Positions 1-8,685 of a DNA stretch of 64,000 bases are shown piece by piece. How positions within the stretch are numbered: position 1 is the first letter of the stretch; the number at the start of each line of letters is the position of its first letter. The notes below the pieces were generated by a model that saw only the letters and a program-made list of their open reading frames with translations, did no database searches and was not told where the DNA came from. This DNA comes from Fibrobacteria bacterium (GTDB lineage Bacteria; Fibrobacterota; Fibrobacteria; UBA11236). Where the stretch lies: assembly GCA_043732185.1 (NCBI GenBank), contig JAYTHY010000066.1, positions 1 through 64,000 of the forward strand. Reading direction: 5' to 3'. Made by a program: the position numbers and the translations under genes.

Positions 1-1
1 C

Positions 2-130
2 TTAAGGCGAGTTCGCAAGGAAACGGCTTCGTTCAAGGAATACAAAAGGCTATCGGAGAAATGGGTGGACCTGGAGCTGCAGCTATCCCTGATCAAAAGT
101 GGGCTTGAAAAAATTTCCGAAATGACATGA
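2..130 (+). CDS. 3' end of a gene truncated by the window edge; possibly a DUF6788-like small IS-associated protein
   Basis: Frame 2 is open from 2 to TGA at 128-130 (LRRVRKETASFKEYKRLSEKWVDLELQLSLIKSGLEKISEMT). The family resemblance is from recall only. Confidence 0.35.
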   Translation, partial: LRRVRKETASFKEYKRLSEKWVDLELQLSLIKSGLEKISEMT

Positions 131-154
131 AATCAGCCCGAGAACTCCCGACTC

Positions 155-385
155 TTGAGATCCTTAGTCAATGGACGCCAGACAATCGTTGAAGAAATGA
201 TCGGGGCAGACCCATCCGTTAACAATGAAATGAGGAGTTTTTGGCTACCGAGACTGGACGAAGTTGATTTCAGAGCGGCCTTACATGCGCACCTAGATGC
301 ATATGAAGACACGGAGCGAAGTCCAATAGCGCTGGACCGGTTCAGGAGCATGTTCGGAAGCAGTTTGAACGATGGCCCAGGCTAA
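155..385 (+). pseudogene. C-terminal fragment of a hypothetical (nucleotidyltransferase-like) protein
   Basis: LVNGRQTIVEEM...DFRAALHAHLD resembles the C-terminus of a conserved hypothetical family. TTG start, no N-terminal part, flanked by other remnants. Confidence 0.3.
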
Positions 386-638
386 ATTTGTGGTCACAAA
401 TAATATTCGGGACTTTACCAAGGAAGTCATTCAGACTGAAACTCAGGGCTATTTCCAAAACATTTGGAAGAGTAAAACCAAGAAGGAAATCCTCGGCAAT
501 TTTGATGAGGTGATGAAAAAGATTGGTACCAAGCTCAAAAGGGTTCCCCCTCACATGACCAAACGCCAAAAACTCAGATCCCCCTTCGCTAGTCGTGAAC
601 CGATCCAAAAATCGATTTTAAAGGTCACATCGGGGTAA
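372..638 (+). pseudogene. Chimeric remnant: PIN toxin C-terminal segment fused in frame to antitoxin C-terminal segment
   Basis: 380-421 matches 1960-2001 (2 mismatches) and 413-526 matches 2189-2302 (7 mismatches), joined through the shared 9-mer CTTTACCAA. Confidence 0.85.
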
Positions 639-701
639 AGACATAAAATTTGGATCCGAAAACGATATTCTTAGAGGTTCCCGGTATTCTTTTTATCGAA
701 T

Positions 702-1085
702 TCAGTTATCAATTTTAAGGCCGGCTATTCTCTCAAAATGCTTTGAGTTTCCAGTAACCAGGGCTTCGGATTTTTCTAATGCAGTCGCCCCAATAAATAG
801 ATCTGCGTCCGGAATGAGAATTTTTTTCTTTTTTAAACCAGATTTCAATTCGCCAAATCGCTTTAATATGGGAACATCGGAATGGATTACGCTGACGGTC
901 ATGGTGAATTTTTCGACCAGGGTTTTATTTTCAATCGGATTCTCAGAATATTCGGCACCATAGTACAACTCGGCGACGGTCATAAAACTGATTGCAACTT
1001 CCCCAGGATATTCCGCCCTTTTTTGGACAACCTTTTTATTACCTCGCAATATTTCTACACACACATCAGTATCGAGAAGGATCAT
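702..1085 (-). CDS. vapC: VapC-family PIN domain ribonuclease toxin
   Basis: MILLDTDVCV, TVAELYYGA, DADLFIGATAL, LVTGNSKHFERI motifs. ATG at 1085 overlaps the antitoxin stop (ATGA). Confidence 0.92.
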   Translation of the reverse strand: MILLDTDVCVEILRGNKKVVQKRAEYPGEVAISFMTVAELYYGAEYSENPIENKTLVEKFTMTVSVIHSDVPILKRFGELKSGLKKKKILIPDADLFIGATALEKSEALVTGNSKHFERIAGLKIDN

Positions 1086-1369
1086 AGCGATACTTCGCGC
1101 CCTAAAGTTCTTGCGGCATAAATATCTTTTATCGTTTGCTCCTTGGATTTTTTGTCTTTCCACTGGCCGCACAATTCACTCCAAAGGGACACCTGGGTTT
1201 CCGTACTGATTTTATGCCTTGTTTGGGAAATCTGCTTTTCCATTTCTTCTGCGCCCTTTTCAATAGCGATTAGAAGTTCATTATTTAGACTGCGCCTATC
1301 AATTTCGGAGAGGAGTTTTAATTTTTCAAAAACGGAATCCGGAATATTTCGAACGGTTATATTGGCCAT
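1082..1369 (-). CDS. FitA/VapB-like ribbon-helix-helix antitoxin
   Basis: MANITVRNIPDSVFEKLKLLSEIDRRSLNNEL RHH pattern; lies directly upstream of vapC. Confidence 0.88.
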   Translation of the reverse strand: MANITVRNIPDSVFEKLKLLSEIDRRSLNNELLIAIEKGAEEMEKQISQTRHKISTETQVSLWSELCGQWKDKKSKEQTIKDIYAARTLGREVSL

Positions 1370-1375
1370 AGTTAC

Positions 1376-1404
1376 ATTATAGTTCACATTTTGAACTAAG
1401 TAAA
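1376..1404 (-). promoter_or_regulatory. Sigma70-type promoter with operator palindrome for the vapBC pair
   Basis: Minus strand TTTACT(1404-1399)-17 bp-TATAAT(1381-1376). Inverted repeat TAGTTCA-N5-TGAACTA at 1380-1398. Confidence 0.7.
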
Positions 1405-1521
1405 GCGTTAAATCCAGCTGCAATCCTGAACGTGACTCCTCCTCCAGTTGGCACAATTCCTTATATGCGTAGGTCGGGAAAGTACCGGATCGCTGCGCAT
1501 GTCACTTCGATTTAACCATGG

Positions 1522-1548
1522 TCCCTTGAAATCGAGGGGTAGAATGGT
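1522..1548 (+). repeat. 27-bp direct repeat, copy 1
   Basis: TCCCTTGAAATCGAGGGGTAGAATGGT; 26/27 identical to 2353-2379. Confidence 0.9.
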
Positions 1549-1610
1549 GTGCTTAAAGGGGAGTTTGAGAGGGAAAAACCCCAATAATCTGGAGTAAATC
1601 CACCGGCTCA

Positions 1611-1641
1611 TTGACTTATGATAGCGTATATGCTATCATAA
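1611..1641 (+). promoter_or_regulatory. Sigma70-type promoter with operator palindrome for the PIN/RHH pair
   Basis: TTGACT(1611-1616)-17 bp-TATCAT(1634-1639). Perfect inverted repeat TTATGATAGC-N6-GCTATCATAA at 1616-1641. Confidence 0.75.
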
Positions 1642-1645
1642 TACT

Positions 1646-2086
1646 ATGCTTGTCGTATTGGACACGAACGTCCTTTTCCAATCCCTATACAGCTCGGAGG
1701 GCGCCTCCCATTACATTCTGGGCCTCGTCCGACATCAAAAAATCAAGCTTGCCATCTCCCTCAAAGTCTTTGCCGAATATGAAGATGTTTTGAAAAGAAA
1801 GAAAAGCCTTAAATCTTTTGGCTTGGATCTGGACGACATTGAGCGTGTCCTTTCTTTAATCGCCTATATTGGCAGACCTTTTGATACGCATTTTCTCTTC
1901 AGGCCCAACCTAAAGGACGAGAGCGATAACATCTTTGTCGAATTAGCAGTCGCAAGCGGGGCTAAATTCGTGGTCACAAATAATATCCGGGACTTTACCA
2001 ATAATTCGCAATTACGTTTTCCGGATTTTTTGGTGGTGACACCGTCCGAATTCGTGAAAAGATGGAGAATAGAAAATGAAAAATAA
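1646..2086 (+). CDS. Putative TA toxin, PIN family (PIN_3-like)
   Basis: VVLDTNVL, DESDNIFVELAV, VVTNNIRDF acidic PIN motifs. Confidence 0.9.
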   Translation: MLVVLDTNVLFQSLYSSEGASHYILGLVRHQKIKLAISLKVFAEYEDVLKRKKSLKSFGLDLDDIERVLSLIAYIGRPFDTHFLFRPNLKDESDNIFVELAVASGAKFVVTNNIRDFTNNSQLRFPDFLVVTPSEFVKRWRIENEK

Positions 2087-2336
2087 TCAGAGCACCTTAA
2101 TTATTCGACTTCCAAACGAACTTAAACACAAGGTTGAGCTCATGGCTGAGGAACAAGGCGTTTCGCTTAACCAATTTGCGCTTTATGCCTTTACCAAGGA
2201 AGTCATTCAGACCGAAACTCAGAGCTATTTCCAAAACATTTGGAAGAATAAGTCCAAGAAGGAAATTCTCGGCAATTTTGATGAGGTGGTGAAAAAGATT
2301 GGCAAGAGAAAGGTCCCCGATTGGGATAAGATTTAG
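2076..2336 (+). CDS. HicB-like/RHH antitoxin
   Basis: STLIIRLPNELKHKVELMAEEQGVSLNQF RHH signature; overlaps the toxin 3' end. Confidence 0.85.
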   Translation: MKNNQSTLIIRLPNELKHKVELMAEEQGVSLNQFALYAFTKEVIQTETQSYFQNIWKNKSKKEILGNFDEVVKKIGKRKVPDWDKI

Positions 2337-2352
2337 TGGGTTTTACCTATGT

Positions 2353-2385
2353 TCCCTTGAAATCGAGGGGGAGAATGGTCATAAT
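2353..2385 (+). repeat. 27-bp direct repeat, copy 2 (2353-2379), overlapping a probable promoter for the 2395 gene
   Basis: Matches 1522-1548; TTGAAA(2357-2362)-17 bp-CATAAT(2380-2385). Confidence 0.8.
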
Positions 2386-2394
2386 CAGCTCGCC

Positions 2395-3582
2395 ATGCCC
2401 ATGCCATTTCAAACTCTAGCAGCAATTATTATTCTTGGATTTTTAAGTGCAAATGCCGCATCACCTGCCGTGGGCGGTCCACCCCCAGCCTCCAAAACCA
2501 CAACAGTTGCTCCTGTAGACACGCTCGATATCAAACGGGTGCAGGCCGAATATGGCGACGGCAATTTTGAAACCGTTGTGCAAATCCTGGAAGATTTTCG
2601 CACCAAGCAGAAGAACTCTCGCCCTCGCGATAGTGTCCTGGTCGCAAAATTTTTGGGCGTGGTATTCGCCTCCAACCCCAACTCGCGGGAGAAGGGCAAG
2701 TATTGGCTGTACCGGATGTTGCAGATGGATCCGAATGAAGATTTGATCGACCTGTATGTCGGGGAAGAGGTGCAGAATACCTTTGATAAAGTGCGGCAGG
2801 AGTTTATCGTACGCCGGAATTATAAGGGCATCAACGATACCAAGCTAAACAAGTCCGTGGCGTCGAATGAGGAGCCGGGCAAAAGGGATACCATCGTCCA
2901 TCGGGATACGGTGGTGCTGAAAGGGGACAATTGGGTGTCGCCCTTGGCTGATGTGGTCAAGGATGGGCTTAGTGGTGTGAAGGGTGGCATCAAGGCTGGG
3001 ATTGATGGCGGCTATGTGGCTGTAAAAGAAGAGCCGGTGAGTGAAAAGAGTTGGGGTTGGACCGGCAATGTCAATTTTGGGGCTGGGATAAAGTTTTTGA
3101 GTAAAGAGTGGGCAACGTATCCCTTAACAGATGAAACTGAGTTTCGATTTGCGACCGATATTCGCCAGAGGGGGTGGCCTATAAATATTGCCCTGGATTT
3201 CATTTATGATCAAAGTCCAGATGTAAAAGTTGCCGTCAAGGATGCTGCAACGGGGGTTTATAGCGCGGATGTAACGAGTTTGACGACCTTTGAATTCAAT
3301 GCCGGTGTAAGAAAAATCGTTGATTTTAAGCTGTATAGTGTTCGGCCATTTTTTGGAGGTGGCTTTGGACGCATGACAACACAACAAAATTTTGAAACAG
3401 CGCCCATGCGTAGGAATGGTAAGATTAGCATTTGGTTTAATGGCGGTTGCTATTGGGAGCTTGGAAGACATTTCAATATCGGCCTAGAGTACCTCTATTC
3501 CTGGGCTAAAATTGATCTTGGTGACGGTCCTGCGAACCACGGCGGCTCGCATTTCGACATGGTCTCCGGTTTTCATTTTTAG
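2395..3582 (+). CDS. Exported protein with N-terminal helical/TPR-like region and C-terminal outer-membrane beta-barrel
   Basis: Signal peptide (MPMPFQTLAAIIILGFLSANAA), amphipathic strands (VRPFFGGGFG, FNIGLEYLY), terminal GFHF. Confidence 0.7.
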   Translation: MPMPFQTLAAIIILGFLSANAASPAVGGPPPASKTTTVAPVDTLDIKRVQAEYGDGNFETVVQILEDFRTKQKNSRPRDSVLVAKFLGVVFASNPNSREKGKYWLYRMLQMDPNEDLIDLYVGEEVQNTFDKVRQEFIVRRNYKGINDTKLNKSVASNEEPGKRDTIVHRDTVVLKGDNWVSPLADVVKDGLSGVKGGIKAGIDGGYVAVKEEPVSEKSWGWTGNVNFGAGIKFLSKEWATYPLTDETEFRFATDIRQRGWPINIALDFIYDQSPDVKVAVKDAATGVYSADVTSLTTFEFNAGVRKIVDFKLYSVRPFFGGGFGRMTTQQNFETAPMRRNGKISIWFNGGCYWELGRHFNIGLEYLYSWAKIDLGDGPANHGGSHFDMVSGFHF

Positions 3583-3615
3583 GTCCCATCCACCCCAAAT
3601 AACCCAGTTAGCAGC

Positions 3616-5190
3616 ATGGAAAAAATCCTTGTTCTGCAAATGACCCGTCTGGGTGACCTGGTCCAGACCCTGCCACTATTGCGTCGGTTGCGTCAGGAAT
3701 ATCCGGCCGCGCACACCACCTTAGTCTGTCAAGCTGGAGTGCAGGGCATTCTATCTGGCTGCACCTATTGTGATCGAGTCGTGGCGCTGTCCCCATCGGC
3801 AGGACCGGATTTCCCGCATCCGGAATTCAATGAGACTTATGACCTTTTGATCAATGTCACCAGTGATTTGGAATCGGCGGTGCTGTGCAAAAAGATTGCG
3901 GCCACAGTCAAGTTGGGCCGCATCGATACTTTTCCGGGAGAACTTAGGCTACTTGGCCCCTGGTCCAAATATCTTTTTGCCATGGTCAGCAACCGCGTCG
4001 ACAATCTTTTCAATATCGTGGATATCCAAACGGGGATGGCCGGGTTTTTGCCCAAACCACAACAGCCCGCTTTGGAAGTTCAGGATGTCACGCAGAATCA
4101 GGCCAAGGCATTGCTGCAGACGCTTGGACGGCATTCGGGGCGGCATCTCATTGCCATGCAAACCGGGGCCAGTCAATTGCACCGAGCTTGGTCGTTGGAA
4201 AACTTTTCCGCGCTAGCTCGGGACTTGGTGCAAAAGGAGTATGCCGATATAGTTTTGCTGGGCGATGGCTCCGAACGGGAAAGGGCTGAAAGCCTTAAGT
4301 CCCAAATTGGATTGCCCGTTTTGGATTTGGTCGGACGCACTTCTTTGGAGCTGCTACCCGCCATCCTGGCCGAATGCGATCTCCTCATCAGCAATGATAC
4401 GGGAACCATCCATGTCGCCGCCGCAGTGGGCACGCGCACGCTAGGGCTGTTTTTTTCCACTGCTTATTTTTCCGAAACAGCTCCGTACGGCGTGGGTCAT
4501 GCCATTTTGCAAGTGGAAATTCCGTGCTCGCCCTGCCACGCTTCTGCACCGTGTCCGGTGCAACTGTGCCGTGAGTTTTTGTCTCCCATGGCTGTTTCGG
4601 AAACCGTGCATTGGATACTTGATGGCACCGGAGATATTCCCGTGCAGCGGCCGAATCTTTCCCTTTACTTGAGCCGTTTTTTGAGCAATGGCAGTATGAT
4701 TTATCTTCCCGTTCACGTCACTATTTCCTCGCATTTTTTGAAAGGGTTATTGGGGCGATTGCTGTGGGAAGGCACTTTGGGTTTGTCCATTGATCCAGAC
4801 TTGGAAGCCATCTGGAAAACTGCCCGGCTGCATCCGGATTGGGAAGACAAGCGGACGGCCATGGTAGATTCACTGGAGGCGTTGCGTGGGCCTTTTGCGC
4901 AGGGGCTCAACTTGGCGGCCAAGCTCAAAGGGGAATTTTCCGTGGAGGCACCGTTGCGGCAGCGCATCCAGATGCTCCACCAACAATTGACGGATTTGGG
5001 AGCAAGCATGGCGGGTGCGACCAAGAATGGTGGACTGTTCGGAGATTTTCTCAAGTATGAGATGATGGATATGGACTATGTGGGCTATCCGCAGTTAGCG
5101 GAAGTGCTGGAAGAAAAGTATCGTCGATTGTTTGAATGGACGCAGCATTTTCAAACCACGTTGGCCAGACTGTTGCCTTTGCTATCTTAA
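3616..5190 (+). CDS. Glycosyltransferase family 9 (heptosyltransferase-like) with C-terminal extension
   Basis: KILVLQMTRLGDLVQTLP and LLISNDTGTIHVAAAVG motifs; CSPC-C-C cluster. Confidence 0.88.
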   Translation: MEKILVLQMTRLGDLVQTLPLLRRLRQEYPAAHTTLVCQAGVQGILSGCTYCDRVVALSPSAGPDFPHPEFNETYDLLINVTSDLESAVLCKKIAATVKLGRIDTFPGELRLLGPWSKYLFAMVSNRVDNLFNIVDIQTGMAGFLPKPQQPALEVQDVTQNQAKALLQTLGRHSGRHLIAMQTGASQLHRAWSLENFSALARDLVQKEYADIVLLGDGSERERAESLKSQIGLPVLDLVGRTSLELLPAILAECDLLISNDTGTIHVAAAVGTRTLGLFFSTAYFSETAPYGVGHAILQVEIPCSPCHASAPCPVQLCREFLSPMAVSETVHWILDGTGDIPVQRPNLSLYLSRFLSNGSMIYLPVHVTISSHFLKGLLGRLLWEGTLGLSIDPDLEAIWKTARLHPDWEDKRTAMVDSLEALRGPFAQGLNLAAKLKGEFSVEAPLRQRIQMLHQQLTDLGASMAGATKNGGLFGDFLKYEMMDMDYVGYPQLAEVLEEKYRRLFEWTQHFQTTLARLLPLLS

Positions 5191-5232
5191 GGACTAGGAA
5201 TGTGGCCCAATTCCGGGCCTCTCGGAAACGCC

Positions 5233-6324
5233 ATGCCACGCATCCTTCATGCTTCCGACTTGCATCTTTCAGACACTGAAAAAGAATACAGCCTAGCCGT
5301 TTTTTCTGAACTGGTCGAAACGGCCGAACGCGAGCGCGTGGACTATTTGATTTTCTGCGGCGACCTTTTCAATACCTTTTTAGATGCCGAAAAACTGCGG
5401 GGAGATTTCCGCCGCATCCTGGGCTCGCGCTCCTTCGAGTTTATTTTTTTGCCCGGCAACCATGAGGATTTGCAGCGCGGGCAAGGCGATTTACGCAAGT
5501 TGGATTGGGGCGCGGCCAACGTTTTAAGTGCTCGCCCATGGGAACTCATTTACCGGGATCGGGGCGGAGTGCCCATTGAATTTTTAGCCATACCCCATCA
5601 AGCCGAATACGCCGGGTATGGCAGCTGGCAGGTACCGGCCAAAGCGGCTAAAATCCGCATAGCCCTGGCGCATGGCGTGGTGGCGGGCATGTCGTACCGT
5701 GGGCCGGATGAAGAAGGCGGTGGCGCGGCCTTGGACCCGGATATGTTTCAGCGCTTCCATGTGGACTATGCCGCATTGGGACATATTCACGGCCGTCGTA
5801 TTCAGACCAGTGGTTCGCTAACTTTGGCCTATCCAGGATCGAGCCGGGTATGGCGTCGTCATGAGACTGGCGCGCGTGGGGCGTATGTGTTGGAAGCCTC
5901 TAAAGATGCCCTTTCTGCGCCGACTTTTATTCCTTTCGCAAGCGCGGGGGAATTTCGATATCATGCGCTGCCGCTTTCTTTGGAGGGAGAGATTCCCGAT
6001 CTGGATTCTCTGGCATTGGGGTGGGGGAGGGCGGATTTTGTCGAACTGGAATTTACCGGCCTCGTGGAAGATGAACGGGCCGTAGCCCAGCTGGCCGATT
6101 CCTTGCAGGCGCGGTATGGATCGCGGGTACGCCGACTGGAAATTGAGCGGGAGGGGGTTTCCGCCTTGCCTGGAATTGCCTCTCATCCGGTGGTGGTGCA
6201 ATTTTTGGAAGCCTGGAACAAAGGGAGACCGGCAGTCGATGCGTCTCTAGACACCAAGGTTTGGCTTAGGGCTCGGGAGTTGGCGTTAAATGCTCTCAAG
6301 CGACAGTTAGAGGGCCGGGTATGA
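5233..6324 (+). CDS. SbcD/Mre11/YhaO-like metallophosphoesterase DNA nuclease
   Basis: HASDLH, GDLF, PGNHE, AHG, YAALGHIH, YPGS motifs. Confidence 0.9.
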   Translation: MPRILHASDLHLSDTEKEYSLAVFSELVETAERERVDYLIFCGDLFNTFLDAEKLRGDFRRILGSRSFEFIFLPGNHEDLQRGQGDLRKLDWGAANVLSARPWELIYRDRGGVPIEFLAIPHQAEYAGYGSWQVPAKAAKIRIALAHGVVAGMSYRGPDEEGGGAALDPDMFQRFHVDYAALGHIHGRRIQTSGSLTLAYPGSSRVWRRHETGARGAYVLEASKDALSAPTFIPFASAGEFRYHALPLSLEGEIPDLDSLALGWGRADFVELEFTGLVEDERAVAQLADSLQARYGSRVRRLEIEREGVSALPGIASHPVVVQFLEAWNKGRPAVDASLDTKVWLRARELALNALKRQLEGRV

Positions 6325-8618
6325 TCAAAAAACTGAGCCTGATTGATTTTGGAAAGTTCCAGAATGCAACGTTTGATCTTGGCCCGGTCACCGTGGTCTA
6401 TGGGCCCAATGAAGCGGGTAAAACCACCTGGTTTGATGGTCTATTTCAGGCTTTGTGCTCGCCTTCGGAGACCAAAAAAATTGGGAAGCTGCTCAAATCC
6501 AGATATGGATCAGGCCGCCGAGCCACAGTCGAAACCCTATCCGACGGGCCCATTACCGCCGATTCTATTTCCACCGGTTCCATTACCACAGGTTCCATAT
6601 CCGAAGATGAATTCATGAACCTGTATTCGATTAGGGCTGGGGATCTCAACTTGGATCTTGCGCCCGGCAGCGAATGGATGGAAAAACTGAAATCCCGGCT
6701 TTTCCATGGTGGCATCGACCCAAAAATTTTGATAGAGGAATTTGAAAAACTCAGTTCCGATAAGCGCACCTTTGTTCACAACAAAAATTTGGAGGCGGTG
6801 GCGGATAAATTGGCCAAGGCTCGTCTCAACTTGGAAGGCCGCCGACGGGAAAGGGAAGCGCTGCTGGGTCGGGAAAAGACTTTGGATAGTCTTTCCCTTT
6901 CAATACAGGAAACGGCCCGGTTACGGGAGCAGGAAGATAAAAAGTTGGCGCAGTTAGACTCGGACCTCGCCTTTGAAGAAAAGATCCAAACCCGTCTCAA
7001 ATGGGTGTCACAACTCGCTCGACTTTCAGAATTGGAAAAGTTGGAAAAAGAAAGCCAAGAACTGGCGCCTTTTAGAGACGCACGCCGGGAAGATTGGGAC
7101 CGTTTAAAAGAAGCCTTACGCATAAGCAGCGGCAACCTGCAAATTGAACAAGGTAAAATCGAAGCGAAAGGTAAACATGTTGCTTCGGCCAAGGCGGACT
7201 ACCGGGCCCTGGAAGCGAGATTGGAATCATGCAAGCGGCGCGCTCAACTCGCAACCACCATGGTGGATGCTGTGCGAGTGGCTATACAGGCAAGAGCGGG
7301 GGCGGGTCGGCCGCTTGTTTTTGGTTGGGTGGCGGCGGGATTTTTCATCGCTGCAGGTGGATTGTCAGCCAGCCTGATGCATGGTGCCGTTGCTTTGGCG
7401 GCTACCTTGTTGGCGTTGGTCTCTGCAGGCGGGGCTGTCTATGCGGGTTGGCGTCGTAAAAAATTCCTGAGTACGGATAAGCTGCAAGCGTCCATGGCGA
7501 TTTGGAAAGATCAATGGCGCTTGGCGGAAGCCCAGGATGCGGTAGCGGATATCGCGACTCCGGAAGGATTTTTACTGGCCATGGAAGCCTGTGTACGGGA
7601 ACATGAAATCGGAGTCCGCCAAGAACAGGAAGCACTCCACCGATTGAAGGCCTTGGAACTGGAATGGGAACAGTCAGAAGCCACTTTGGATACCGCCAAA
7701 AAAGCTGTAGAGTCCGCCCACAATGGGCAAAAAGCATGGCTGGAGCAATTGGGAATTGCCGATGAGGAAGCCTACCTGCGCAAAGCGTCGCGCTTGGCAG
7801 TCCTTGAAGCCGAACTTCCCAAACATAAGGCCGAGTTCGAATCCTCGTCCACGGATACAGACCGTCACACTTTGGAACGGGAAATGCTCCGAAAACTCCA
7901 GACTCTGGATGAGCAGGGCATTCCCGATCGCGGGCGCGATGATGCCGGTATGCAACGACTTCGCCAGGAACGGAAAACCGCCCAGTTAGAGCGTGAGAGA
8001 CTGGTCAAAGAAGAAGAGGCCATGCGACTGCGCCGGGAAGGCATGGCGGGGGAAATCCGCGGAGCGGTGGGCAATTTGGCGCAAGATATTGTGGCGGGTG
8101 AAGATGCTGTGGTCACCTTGGAGGCCGAAATTCAGTCTAAGGAGTTGGATAAACGAGCCGCGGCCCTGGCCCTGAGTATTTTCCGCACGATGGGAGATGG
8201 GGCAGACCAGTTGCTGACCGGTTTGGCGGGGGAGATGGAGGCCATGCTGAAAAATATTCTGCCAAATGGAAATGAACGCGGCCTGGCCTTGCCTGGGCTA
8301 AGCGTTGCACAAATCGAAGTCCAAGATGCCTTGGGTAAGAGTCGACCTTTAGAACACCTTTCTACGGGAACGCGTGATGCTGTGGTGCTGGCCGCAAAAT
8401 TGGCGCTGGCGTTAAAATCCAGGCAGAGTCCTGGCGTGCTGGTGCTAGATGAACCTTTTCTGGCCATGGATGCCGCTCGGGAAAGCCGTGCATTGCAGTG
8501 GGTGCTCGATTTTCAAAGCAGGCACCAGTGGCAGGTCATTCTGCTTTCCAAACAGGTTCAGCTTAAAGATGCTGCGATGCAATTATTTCCCAAAGCCGTA
8601 TTGGTGAATCTGGTATAG
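6321..8618 (+). CDS. SbcC/Rad50/YhaN-like ABC ATPase with coiled coils and central hydrophobic helices
   Basis: Walker A GPNEAGKT, signature LSTGTRD, Walker B LVLDEPF; ATGA overlap with the nuclease gene. Confidence 0.88.
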   Translation: MIKKLSLIDFGKFQNATFDLGPVTVVYGPNEAGKTTWFDGLFQALCSPSETKKIGKLLKSRYGSGRRATVETLSDGPITADSISTGSITTGSISEDEFMNLYSIRAGDLNLDLAPGSEWMEKLKSRLFHGGIDPKILIEEFEKLSSDKRTFVHNKNLEAVADKLAKARLNLEGRRREREALLGREKTLDSLSLSIQETARLREQEDKKLAQLDSDLAFEEKIQTRLKWVSQLARLSELEKLEKESQELAPFRDARREDWDRLKEALRISSGNLQIEQGKIEAKGKHVASAKADYRALEARLESCKRRAQLATTMVDAVRVAIQARAGAGRPLVFGWVAAGFFIAAGGLSASLMHGAVALAATLLALVSAGGAVYAGWRRKKFLSTDKLQASMAIWKDQWRLAEAQDAVADIATPEGFLLAMEACVREHEIGVRQEQEALHRLKALELEWEQSEATLDTAKKAVESAHNGQKAWLEQLGIADEEAYLRKASRLAVLEAELPKHKAEFESSSTDTDRHTLEREMLRKLQTLDEQGIPDRGRDDAGMQRLRQERKTAQLERERLVKEEEAMRLRREGMAGEIRGAVGNLAQDIVAGEDAVVTLEAEIQSKELDKRAAALALSIFRTMGDGADQLLTGLAGEMEAMLKNILPNGNERGLALPGLSVAQIEVQDALGKSRPLEHLSTGTRDAVVLAAKLALALKSRQSPGVLVLDEPFLAMDAARESRALQWVLDFQSRHQWQVILLSKQVQLKDAAMQLFPKAVLVNLV

Positions 8619-8685
8619 GCATCCAAAAATCGAGTATGCTATTATTGAAGGCATATTCCTAGCAATCGCTACAGGGAGAATATTA

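Noticed and set aside
1571..2348. Imperfect inverted repeat (1571-1590 vs 2329-2348) around the TA pair
   Set aside because: Only 14/20 matches in low-complexity sequence; too weak to call terminal inverted repeats.
6552..6602. 15-bp tandem repeat in the ATPase (ITADS/ISTGS/ITTGS)
   Set aside because: Short degenerate in-frame loop expansion; no sign of phase variation.
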